From: Clostridia bacterium | Lineage (GTDB): Bacteria; Bacillota; Clostridia; JAAYHZ01 | DNA: 64,000 nt | Reading direction: 5' to 3' | Assembly: GCA_050950825.1 (NCBI GenBank) | Contig: JBMNIH010000008.1 | Span: forward strand, 1-64,000 | Shown here: positions 51,002 through 59,740 of the stretch, one piece after another | Position numbering within the stretch: the first letter of the stretch is position 1 | Layout: each line of letters begins with the position of its first letter | Notes under the pieces: model-generated | What the model was told of the DNA's origin: nothing | What the model saw: only the letters and a program-made list of their open reading frames with translations | Databases searched by the model: none | Translations under genes and position numbers: made by a program

Positions 51002-51988
51002 TTACCAAACGATCATCCGGTTTTGATTCGGGTCGTAATATACGAGCCAATACCCTTCCGGACCGTTTTGATTTCCACGGTTTCTCACCCATACGGAATA
51101 GTTTTCAAAAGGCTCTTGCTCCGATCGAAAAGGACTCGGAAAACCGAACACCAAAAGCGATCCCTCTTCCCCGTCTCGGTATATACCGGATAGGAGAAAA
51201 CCGTATTTGAAGAAGGAAATCATCACCCGAGCATTAAAGAAGTTTCGGATTTTCACCCCGAAATCCAATAGGATCTCATGAAGAACAACGGGGTTTTCCA
51301 CCCTCCACCATTCGTAATCGTCTCTTCTGTTGGAAAAAGGATCGATAGAATCGAATTGCCTTTCCATGGCTTTTCGGTAGCTTTCGATATCAAAGTCCTT
51401 ACGGGACCGGAACACTTTTTCGGGATCCGAATCCAATAAATAATCCGGCAATTCCACCATGTCCGGTACCCCTTCCTCCGGACTAAACGCGGGAGCTTGG
51501 AAAGTATCAAGGCTTTCCTCTTGACCTTCTTTAGGCTTTTCCTCTTCCTCCTTGTCCGACAGGTTCCAATATTCGCTGAGCTTCGGAGGTCGGGGCATGC
51601 CGTCGGAAATCGGAACATCCTCCCCTTGGAATACTCCGTCGTTTATTTCGTTCTTTGGGTGCAAAACTTCCGTCCGGTCGTTTTTTGCGGAGTCGCTGAG
51701 CAAAACGATTGCGTTTTTCTCATCGGTAACCAAAACCCGGTCCGGATCCTGCATGTCGGTGGGAAATTCAAAATTAATATAGGGCTTAACAAAACGGAAT
51801 TGCGTTACGGCTTTATATTCGCTTGAAGAATTTCCAATGTGAAATACGTAGACTCCTTCGGTAAGATCCCATATCCTGACTTTAATATATCGCGCCGATT
51901 GGCCGCTGTCCATAATCGAAACCAATCCGGCCGCTTGCTTGGCTTCATCGTTTACTCTTTCCAATAACAGATCGAATAACTTCTCCAT
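51002..51988 (-). CDS. Conserved clostridial hypothetical protein, possibly sporulation-related
   Basis: Acidic linker plus C-terminal YGFLLSG...GYWLV domain. sigmaE-like promoter upstream. Confidence 0.55.
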   Translation of the reverse strand: MEKLFDLLLERVNDEAKQAAGLVSIMDSGQSARYIKVRIWDLTEGVYVFHIGNSSSEYKAVTQFRFVKPYINFEFPTDMQDPDRVLVTDEKNAIVLLSDSAKNDRTEVLHPKNEINDGVFQGEDVPISDGMPRPPKLSEYWNLSDKEEEEKPKEGQEESLDTFQAPAFSPEEGVPDMVELPDYLLDSDPEKVFRSRKDFDIESYRKAMERQFDSIDPFSNRRDDYEWWRVENPVVLHEILLDFGVKIRNFFNARVMISFFKYGFLLSGIYRDGEEGSLLVFGFPSPFRSEQEPFENYSVWVRNRGNQNGPEGYWLVYYDPNQNRMIVW

Positions 51989-52017
51989 GGTTTACCCCAA
52001 TATCATTCTACGGTCTA

Positions 52018-52046
52018 AATATATGACCGAGGATATCGGGTTATTC
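52018..52046 (-). promoter_or_regulatory. sigmaE-like promoter
   Basis: GAATAAC-14 nt-CATATATT, overlapping the rsmA stop. Confidence 0.45.
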
Positions 52047-52886
52047 CTTATACAGGAGGTTGGAAAGCTCCGCAAACCGGTCCGCATCCAAATTTTCGCC
52101 TCGGATGTCCGGTCTTAATCCCATGGATTCGACGGCTTTTTGAATGTCTTCTTTTTCAAGATGTAAACCCGGGTAATTGTACAGAGCATTGATAATGTTC
52201 TTTCTTCTTTGGTTGAAAGCACCTCGCACGATTTGAAAAAAGAAATCCTTGTTCTTTACATAATACGCCGGAGCGGATCTTTTTTTAAATTCCAAAAAGG
52301 CGGAATGCACATTGGGCTGGGGCGAAAAGCAATGAGGAGGAACGGATACCACGGGCCGAACTTGGCAATAGTGGTTTACCGCTACCGTTAAGGCACCGTA
52401 ATCCTTGGTGGAGGGCTTGGCCATAATGCGGTCCGCCACTTCCTTTTGCATCATGAAATACATGGAGTCAAAATCAAAGTCGGACTCCAAAAACTTCATG
52501 ATGATGGGGGTGGTGATATAGTAGGGAAGGTTTCCCGTAACCTTTATTTTGTACCCTTGCTCGTAACCGGGTAAAGGATCCTCGAAATTAAATTTTAAAA
52601 CGTCAAAATTCCCCGCATAGAATCCGGGGAAGCTGCCGAAGCGCTCAAGAATAATTTGATGAAGTCTTTTGTCGATTTCGATACAGTAAAGAACGGCGCT
52701 TTTTCCTACAAGCCGTTCCGTCAGGCTCCCCAGCCCGGGACCGATCTCGATAATGTAGTCCCCGGGCTTCGGAGAAATGGCCCGGGCTAATTTCTCGATA
52801 ATATTTTCGTCAATTAAGAAGTTTTGTCCTAAGCTTTTAATCGGTGAAACGTTGTATTTTTTCATCAAACCGATGATTCGGTTCAT
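52041..52886 (-). CDS. rsmA: 16S rRNA m6,2A dimethyltransferase
   Basis: KSLGQNFL, EIGPGLG, NLPYYIT and MQKEVA motifs. Confidence 0.97.
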   Translation of the reverse strand: MNRIIGLMKKYNVSPIKSLGQNFLIDENIIEKLARAISPKPGDYIIEIGPGLGSLTERLVGKSAVLYCIEIDKRLHQIILERFGSFPGFYAGNFDVLKFNFEDPLPGYEQGYKIKVTGNLPYYITTPIIMKFLESDFDFDSMYFMMQKEVADRIMAKPSTKDYGALTVAVNHYCQVRPVVSVPPHCFSPQPNVHSAFLEFKKRSAPAYYVKNKDFFFQIVRGAFNQRRKNIINALYNYPGLHLEKEDIQKAVESMGLRPDIRGENLDADRFAELSNLLYKE

Positions 52887-52902
52887 AAAGCCCTCTCTTT
52901 TT

Positions 52903-53961
52903 TTATTCCGTGGGATCTTGGAGAATATAGACGCGAACGTCTCGGATGCCCCAACGGACCGCTTCCGTTTTGTCTTCCATGTACAAGTCGATCCTGTACC
53001 CCTTAACGCCGGTTCCGATGTCCGCTGCCAACGAAAATCCGTAATTGCCGCCTTTTCCTACCGTTTCCACGTATACCTTCGTTCCCAAAGGAATGACGGA
53101 AGGATCCACGGCGATAACGCCTCTTCTTACCGGCACGCCGGAATAGGTGATACCGAAAGCAGGATGATCGCTTGTTTTACCGCATTCTTCATATGCCGTG
53201 GTATAGGCCGTGGCTTTCATATTATACACTTTGCTGTAGGTGAATGTTTCTCCCGTGGAAGTTTTGTATTGAAGCAGCGTTCCGTATTCTTCAACTCTCG
53301 GAACGGCTTTTTGAATTTCTTTTTGGTAGGTTAGCGTCTTCGAAGCAATGTTGCCGTTTTCCATGACGATGTGATACGTATTGGAAATGATTCCGGGCCG
53401 GCCCTCTTGAAGTACCTTTTTATCCGTTGCCAGCATCCGATTGTTTTCTACAAGCTTGGTTTCGTAAGGAATGTATTCGATTTCCGTTGATTTCATCTCG
53501 GAAACTCTTAATATTTTGATTTCCAATCCGTCAACAAGGCGCGTGTCTCCCCGCATCCCGACAATCCTGTCTTTTTCGCTTAAGACAATGCTTAACTGAT
53601 CCAGAACTTCTTGAATCGTACCTTTCGTAGTTAAAACGGGGATTTTCTCTCCGTCACACTCGACGGTAACGCGCACCGCCTTCTTGACAACAATTTCATT
53701 GGCCTCAAAGTCCACAAGCCTGTAATCAAAGCTTGGGGTTACCGAGTCCTCCGGTCCTACCGAGATTTTCTGCTCCTCTAAGAATTGACCTACCGTATCG
53801 GCGGCGGTAATCAGGGTTTTCGATGTGTTTCCTACGGTAATTGTTACGGTTTTTTCATCGTTAAATGCGGAACCCGGCAAAATTAATAAGCCGGCGGATA
53901 AAAGAATTACGAGTATATATAAAATGCTTTTTATTTTTCGTCCTTTTTTATTCAAGAGCAT
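52903..53961 (-). CDS. yabE: YabE-like cell-wall protein (DUF348-G5-3D)
   Basis: TM anchor, repeated DUF348-like units, G5 (EGRPG), 3D domain (ATAY, IAVDP, DIG, IDL). Upstream of rsmA. Confidence 0.85.
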   Translation of the reverse strand: MLLNKKGRKIKSILYILVILLSAGLLILPGSAFNDEKTVTITVGNTSKTLITAADTVGQFLEEQKISVGPEDSVTPSFDYRLVDFEANEIVVKKAVRVTVECDGEKIPVLTTKGTIQEVLDQLSIVLSEKDRIVGMRGDTRLVDGLEIKILRVSEMKSTEIEYIPYETKLVENNRMLATDKKVLQEGRPGIISNTYHIVMENGNIASKTLTYQKEIQKAVPRVEEYGTLLQYKTSTGETFTYSKVYNMKATAYTTAYEECGKTSDHPAFGITYSGVPVRRGVIAVDPSVIPLGTKVYVETVGKGGNYGFSLAADIGTGVKGYRIDLYMEDKTEAVRWGIRDVRVYILQDPTE

Positions 53962-54111
53962 TGGATTGCCTCCTTAAGCTTTTTGGACTGAAGCGATTTT
54001 ATTTTATCTTATTGCGTTTGTCAATAAAATAGCACAAAATTTTCCATTTTTCATGGTAAATTAATCATCCTGATATAAAATCGTAACGAATTTTTATTAT
54101 TTCTCTCTCTA

Positions 54112-54849
54112 TTATGACTCCGAAATGATGTATTTATAGAAAGTCATCTGATAAATGAACCAATTTTGAGTAATTTCATTGAACTTAAAAACGATGACGG
54201 CACGATTCGGTCCTTCATAGATATTGATATTGCTTGTATCGGGTTCCTCAACGGTTTTGTACTTTGTAACGTTCATGATAGCGGTGAAGGCAATCTCTTG
54301 GTTGGAAATGCGGTTGATATCGCTTAGATTTATTTCCGTCGACTTTAAGTCGATTCTTTCTACGTTGGCAAATTGGGATTTGAATTTATCCAAATTGATA
54401 ATTTGCTTGGTATCAAAAGCATCCCTCAGATTTTGGAGCTCGTAGGCTCGTGTATATTCTTTTTGATTGATGCTGGTTACCCAAGCGTCGAGAATATCCG
54501 TAAACATTTGCGTGTTCATGATTTTCTTTAAGAAACCGATAACAATGTCACGATCTTCGATCTTGGAATTGGCATTTTCCAACTCTTTATTTAAGCTGCT
54601 GATGGTATTTTCGTAATTGTTGATGCGGACGGTTTGGCGGGTAATGGTGCTGACATGTTCGGAATTTTCGTTTCTAAGCTCTAAGTTTTCATTTTGCAAA
54701 GATTCAATATTTAAATTGACGCTTTCTTTGTACATCAACAGAGCGTTGATTTCATTTTCCTTGTTGATGTTATCCCATAAAAGGTAATTAAGCGCAACAA
54801 GTAAAGTCATTATACATATGGCGGTTATAGCTAAAATGAACTTCTTCAT
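54112..54849 (-). CDS. Membrane-anchored coiled-coil hypothetical protein
   Basis: N-terminal TM (ALNYLLWD), Asn/Glu-rich coiled coil, globular C-terminus. Confidence 0.65.
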   Translation of the reverse strand: MKKFILAITAICIMTLLVALNYLLWDNINKENEINALLMYKESVNLNIESLQNENLELRNENSEHVSTITRQTVRINNYENTISSLNKELENANSKIEDRDIVIGFLKKIMNTQMFTDILDAWVTSINQKEYTRAYELQNLRDAFDTKQIINLDKFKSQFANVERIDLKSTEINLSDINRISNQEIAFTAIMNVTKYKTVEEPDTSNINIYEGPNRAVIVFKFNEITQNWFIYQMTFYKYIISES

Positions 54850-54909
54850 TACAAAAACCTCAATAACTGCGGATTATGTATATACCGCAATTAATTTCTG
54901 TCTTTCATT

Positions 54910-54938
54910 ATTATATCATTATCACCTACCGTAGTCAA
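54910..54938 (-). promoter_or_regulatory. IS256-created hybrid sigmaA promoter
   Basis: TTGACT (from the IS end, 54938-33) - 17 nt - TATAAT (host, 54915-10), with an extended-10 TG. Confidence 0.7.
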
Positions 54939-55000
54939 GTCCAAATTAGTGTGTAAATTACCTCGGCATTTTAAATGTAGCAATCAGCCTATGGTCGCAA

Positions 55001-55167
55001 GCGTTTATGCCGCGAAAGCTGTTGACAATGAGTTACATGGCATGTTAGGCTGATAGCCGGGCATCATCCACCTTCTATGAAGCCCATCCCTGTTACTGTG
55101 GGGGATGGCCCGATGCCGGAAAACATGCCATGAGAGGCTCGTTGTCAACAGACCGTGGAATAAATGC
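55001..55167 (+). ncRNA. Conserved structured element, copy A (candidate ncRNA or ssDNA hairpin)
   Basis: Long imperfect rod with branched apex. Homologous to 56695-56862 with compensatory stem changes. Confidence 0.6.
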
Positions 55168-55171
55168 GATC

Positions 55172-56383
55172 TTAGGCAGCAGTACCGGACTTCGAATCGT
55201 TCTCTTTCCGCATCTGGTAATACAACTGCATATTGAAATATTTGTGTCCTGTTTGCCACTTTTCATGCTGTTCCATTAATAAAGCACCCATAAGCCGTAT
55301 GGCTGATGATGCATTGGGAAAGATTCGAATAACCCGTTCACGACGACGAATTTCCTGGTTGAGTCTTTCCACACTATTTGTAGTACGAAGCCGTTTTCGA
55401 TACCTTAAGGGCAGGGCCAGAACAGCAGTGATATCGTCAAATGCCTCGTCCAGAATAGCCGTGGCTTTCGGCGCCTTGGCTTCATAATTTTGGATTATCC
55501 CATCTCTGATGTTACGAGCACTCTCAAGGTCAACGGCCTCATAAAGCCGGCGTAGCTCTTCTTTAATTTCAGGTTGCAGCGCCTTCGGTGTATGATCCAA
55601 AATGTTCTTGGAAAAGTGTGTTTGACAGCGTTGCCAACCAGCGCCTTGAAAGTGCCTTCTAACAGCTTTGACCAACCCTTTATGGTCGTCAGAGGTAACC
55701 AAATCAACATTCTTTAGCCCTCTTTCTTTAAGAGAGGAAAAGAATTCACCCCAGCTGCTTTCGGATTCACTGTTGGCTAATTGAAACCCTATGATTTCGC
55801 GATAGCCTTCCTCATTCACTGCAGTGGCTATCAACAAACCACTTGATTGTACGCGACCATTTTCCCGCACATTTACAAAGATGGCATCCACTATGAGAAA
55901 GGGATAGTGGCACTGCAGAGGACGAGTTCTAAAAGCCTCCACGATGGGATCTAACTTCTTGCAAAGATCTGAGACAGTGGATCTTGAGAACTTCTTCCCG
56001 CATAGTTCCTCGGTTATTAATTCCACTTTTCGAGTGGAAACACCATTGACTACCATCTCCATCATTGCCAACACCAATGCTTGTTCACTGCGCTGATATC
56101 GGGCAAATAACTCTGTGGAGAACTGCCCGTTGCGGTGTCTGGGAATGCGCAGGGTAAGTGTACCTACTCGAGTAGTTAACTGTCTATCTCGATATCCATT
56201 GCGGTATGCGGTTCTTTCTTCGGATCGCTCGTAGGGGTCGGCCTTCAATTGCTCTGAAGACTGGGCTAAAAGAACCTGGTTAAATATTTCTTCCAATAAT
56301 TTGGCAAACGCTTCATCCTTGCCATTTGATAAAAATAATCCGTGCAAAAGTTCTCCGCTTATAGTAATATTAAATTGAGTCAT
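55172..56383 (-). CDS. IS256 (Mutator-type DDE) transposase
   Basis: RNGY, GVSTRKV, VDA, SDDHKGL, WQRCQTHF and RTTNSVERLNQEIRRR motifs. Confidence 0.96.
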   Translation of the reverse strand: MTQFNITISGELLHGLFLSNGKDEAFAKLLEEIFNQVLLAQSSEQLKADPYERSEERTAYRNGYRDRQLTTRVGTLTLRIPRHRNGQFSTELFARYQRSEQALVLAMMEMVVNGVSTRKVELITEELCGKKFSRSTVSDLCKKLDPIVEAFRTRPLQCHYPFLIVDAIFVNVRENGRVQSSGLLIATAVNEEGYREIIGFQLANSESESSWGEFFSSLKERGLKNVDLVTSDDHKGLVKAVRRHFQGAGWQRCQTHFSKNILDHTPKALQPEIKEELRRLYEAVDLESARNIRDGIIQNYEAKAPKATAILDEAFDDITAVLALPLRYRKRLRTTNSVERLNQEIRRRERVIRIFPNASSAIRLMGALLMEQHEKWQTGHKYFNMQLYYQMRKENDSKSGTAA

Positions 56384-56694
56384 TGCTCATCCCTCCTCGG
56401 GTTTGTTTTTTAGTAATTTATATTCTAACCGAGGCATGAGCTTTGGCTCAACTTCTTTTTACACCATTATATAGACTTAATCCCTACCGTTGCAAACAAA
56501 AAAAGTATCGTGATAGCGTCAATATACATTCGGAAATAAAAAGAGAGAGTTCACCCTTATGATAAGATTAAATCTTGTCTGTATCATATATCATTTCCAT
56601 CAATTTTTCCACATTTGTTTTTTTAATTGATTATTACACATCACCCCTATTCAAGAATTCATGAAGACAATAGCAAATGCACAAGTAAAGTACT

Positions 56695-56862
56695 CATTTA
56701 TTCCACGGTTCGCTTTACGACGAGCCTCTGCCGGCATGTTTAGTGGCCTCTGCGGCATCTTCCTACAGGGTGAAGCCGGATACGGCTTTGTGTGTTTGAT
56801 GCCAGGCAGACAAGCCTAACATGCCGTCTACTCATCGTAAAGCGACTTTCGCGGCATAAAGC
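56695..56862 (-). ncRNA. Conserved structured element, copy B
   Basis: Minus strand reads TTTATGCCGCGAAAG-TCGCTTTACGA-TGAG...GGCTCG-TCGTAAAGCGA-ACCGTGGAATAAATG. Same scaffold as copy A. Confidence 0.6.
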
Positions 56863-56903
56863 CTACCGTCACACGGTTACAAAGTCATAGCGGTTCAAGC
56901 TGC

Positions 56904-58388
56904 TTATGCGTCCCAAGCCAGTGTGGTCATATTCTTTAGCCACTTCATACTGCTCCTTTCCAAACCATGTATGTGACGTCTGGTATCTTCCGCATACGTC
57001 CATTTTGAATGTCTTCTTCTCAGATCTCTTATCAATTCTTCTTGTGCTTCACGCCTTTCCTTTTGCTTTTTTCGTTGTTTTTGATATTTTAGCAAGTCAA
57101 GAATCTTACCGCCGTTTCTTTTGTACGCTCTGAGCCTTGCCATGCGGTCGCAACCCAATTCGCTCCATCCCATTGGTCTGCTGCTCATTCTTGCCGACAA
57201 TACATGGCTTATTTGCCCTTCTATGCAATATGTCCAGCCGCTTGTTTCTTCCACTCGGGTTTTTATCCCTTGCCAATGATTTAGAAAATATCTTAACGCA
57301 TCTTCCACTTCTTGCTTCTTGTTTTCACTTTCCGTAACCTTCAGGATCTGCTCATAGATATTCTTCAATTCCTTTTTGTCCAAACGATTCAAGGCTCCCC
57401 AAATCCAGTCTTTCACCTCGTCCGCGCTATCGTAAAGATGCGCCACTGACCTGTTTATATATTTCATCATATGGTATTTATCAAGGACATATTTGCTGTT
57501 CTCCAAATATTCGCATCCTTTTTTTATCCACGAAGCTCCGTCTCCGACTACGTATATTCTCTCAAGATAGTCCGTATCGTATGTTTTTTCTATGTATTCG
57601 GCAACCTCCATCCAAAGCTTTTCGTTGCCTTTGCCACCCTCGTAAATACCGCAAAAGTATTTTTTTCCGATCAGCTTATATCTGGGATTCTTGGATGCTT
57701 CCCCCGATTCATTGATAATATCCTCGAATACACAAACAAGCTTAGGCATCAGGGTATTAATCTTATGGCCCCTCGCATCTCGCTTCAAATCGCCCTTTTC
57801 ATTCCAAAACTGTGCCGCCACATGATCTTCATCGGCTATGACATGAAGCCTTTTTATCTTCTTCTTTCCTTCCGGTTCCGGCATCGGCATGTCCGCCTCA
57901 ATCTCATGTACCAGATCCATCACGGCTTGTTTGCTAATGCCTTCTTCCGCTTTTATGCTTGCATTCTCTCCGCCTTTGCGGTAACTGCTGTCTATACTTT
58001 CTTCCAAGGCTCTCGCAGCTGCGCCTAGCGTTACCTTCTGGTGCGGTTCAAATCCGAGCACCTGATCCAAAAGATATACATACTCACCCGTTCCTTTCGC
58101 ACAATATCCGGTTCGGCAGAATTCAACCTTACCCATGACATCTACGATGGTTTTCTTTTTGTTCCTGTGCTCGACATTCCAATACTTTTTTCTCACGCTG
58201 CTTTCTCGTATATCGTTATCAGCTTTCTCGTACAAATCCGCTATAAGGCTGACCGCTAACGTTGACGTAACTTTATTAACGAGTGCAGTCAAATCATCGG
58301 CATCTTTTTTACCTGCCAGAATATCACCCATCATTTTTTCAATTTCGACTAACCCATTTTCAATAAAATGTAGTATACTTTTATACAT
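56904..58388 (-). CDS. ISLre2 (UPF0236) transposase
   Basis: YLLDQVLG, SYR, ADEDHV, GDGASWI, LDKYH, EGQISHVLSARMSSRPMGWS motifs. Confidence 0.92.
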   Translation of the reverse strand: MYKSILHFIENGLVEIEKMMGDILAGKKDADDLTALVNKVTSTLAVSLIADLYEKADNDIRESSVRKKYWNVEHRNKKKTIVDVMGKVEFCRTGYCAKGTGEYVYLLDQVLGFEPHQKVTLGAAARALEESIDSSYRKGGENASIKAEEGISKQAVMDLVHEIEADMPMPEPEGKKKIKRLHVIADEDHVAAQFWNEKGDLKRDARGHKINTLMPKLVCVFEDIINESGEASKNPRYKLIGKKYFCGIYEGGKGNEKLWMEVAEYIEKTYDTDYLERIYVVGDGASWIKKGCEYLENSKYVLDKYHMMKYINRSVAHLYDSADEVKDWIWGALNRLDKKELKNIYEQILKVTESENKKQEVEDALRYFLNHWQGIKTRVEETSGWTYCIEGQISHVLSARMSSRPMGWSELGCDRMARLRAYKRNGGKILDLLKYQKQRKKQKERREAQEELIRDLRRRHSKWTYAEDTRRHIHGLERSSMKWLKNMTTLAWDA

Positions 58389-58592
58389 AGAGGACACCTT
58401 CCTTTGTGATTTTTTGTATGGAAATTTAATCATATCACAATCGGGGTCCTCTTTCTATTTGTTATATTCTTCCATTGATTATTATCCGAAACTTACTTTA
58501 CGCTAATAAGTATCGTAAACATCAAGATGCCGTCGCCCTTTATGTTATAATAATCGTTAAGCAAGTTAAATATACGCGTTGCGGAGGTAACT

Positions 58593-59675
58593 ATGTCTCA
58601 AATGACGGGTTATGAGCGGATAAAAAACATATTGCAAAGAAAACCGGTGGACCGTATCGGCCTTTACGAGCATTTCTGGAACGATACGAAAAAAATGTGG
58701 GTTGAAGCGGGTAAGGTTGCTCCCGAAGACAATTTAAACGACCTTTTCGATTTTGATATGACCGAGTGCTGGGCTTTCAATTTCACAGCCGATTTGGACT
58801 ACGTTGATGAGATTATCGAGGAAACGGAAGATACCGTTTTAAAAAAAGACGGAAACGGCGCCATTTTAAGAAGACATAAGAAACACGATACCACTCCGGA
58901 GCACGTGGATTTTACCGTAAAAGATCGCAAAGCATGGGAAGAGCTGATCAAGCCGCGCCTTACTCCGGATGAAAGAAGAATCAACTTTACGGCATACCGC
59001 AATGCTAAAAAGAAGGCGAAGGAGCAAAACAAGTTTTTTGTCTGGTCCGGAGTCAACGTATTCGAATGCATGCATCCGGTATGCGGCCACGAGCATATGC
59101 TCGTTGGAATGGCGTGGGATCCGGATTGGGTCAAAGACATGGTGGATACCTACAGCACCTTGACGGTCAGCTTACAAGAAATCCTGTTCGAAAAAGAAGG
59201 ATTGCCGGACGGTATTTGGTATTACGAAGACATGGGCTTTAAAGAACGCCCCTTCATGTCCCCCGCCATGTACGAGGAGATCATAAAGCCGGGGCATAAA
59301 AAAACCATTGACTTTGCAAAATCGAAAAACCTTCCCGTCATTATGCACTCCTGCGGTTACGTAGAGCCCTTGATCCCGGGTATGATTGACGCCGGAATCG
59401 ACTGCTTGCAGGTAATCGAAGTGAAGGCCGGCATGGATTTGCTAAAAATTCATAAAAACTACAAGGACCGCATCTCGTTAATGGGCGGTATCGACGTAAG
59501 AAAGCTTTACACCAACGATTATCGGCAAATCGACGAGGAATTGGAAAGCAAAATTCCCATTGTAAAAGAAGGATTCGGGTATGTGCTCCACAGCGACCAC
59601 TCCATTCCCGGAACCGTATATTTCGATACATATAAATACTTCATACAAAAAGGTCTCGAGCTTGGAACCTACTAA
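58593..59675 (+). CDS. URO-D / MtaA-CmuA superfamily protein
   Basis: VDRIG, EDMGF, MHSCG, MGGID and HSDHSIP motifs. Confidence 0.88.
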   Translation: MSQMTGYERIKNILQRKPVDRIGLYEHFWNDTKKMWVEAGKVAPEDNLNDLFDFDMTECWAFNFTADLDYVDEIIEETEDTVLKKDGNGAILRRHKKHDTTPEHVDFTVKDRKAWEELIKPRLTPDERRINFTAYRNAKKKAKEQNKFFVWSGVNVFECMHPVCGHEHMLVGMAWDPDWVKDMVDTYSTLTVSLQEILFEKEGLPDGIWYYEDMGFKERPFMSPAMYEEIIKPGHKKTIDFAKSKNLPVIMHSCGYVEPLIPGMIDAGIDCLQVIEVKAGMDLLKIHKNYKDRISLMGGIDVRKLYTNDYRQIDEELESKIPIVKEGFGYVLHSDHSIPGTVYFDTYKYFIQKGLELGTY

Positions 59676-59740
59676 AAATCCATGGATAAGTCATGGTATA
59701 ATAGATATTATGAAGAACACGGAACAAGGAGGTACGATAC

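Larger units (their letters stand above)
54933..56482 (-). mobile_element. IS256-family insertion sequence (1550 bp)
   Basis: 8-bp direct repeat CCTACCGT at 54925-32 and 56483-90. Imperfect 25-bp IRs AGTCAAGTCCAAATTAGTGTGTAAA / GATTAAGTCTATATAATGGTGTAAA. Confidence 0.92.
56512..58507 (-). mobile_element. ISLre2-family insertion sequence (1996 bp)
   Basis: 9-bp direct repeat AAGTATCGT at 56503-11 and 58508-16. IRs GATAGCGTCAATATACATTCGGA / ATTAGCGTAAAGTAAGTTTCGGA. Confidence 0.88.

Noticed and set aside
55005-55259. 84-aa ORF at the IS256 3' end
   Set aside because: It overlaps the transposase and the structured element. The conservation between copies A and B follows base pairing, and I saw no sign of a shared reading frame.
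56862-56869. Third copy of the IS256 target 8-mer CCTACCGT, immediately beside structured element copy B
   Set aside because: There is no matching partner on the other side of the element and no IR next to it. Treated as probable chance, though worth rechecking if the element proves to be a guide-like RNA.
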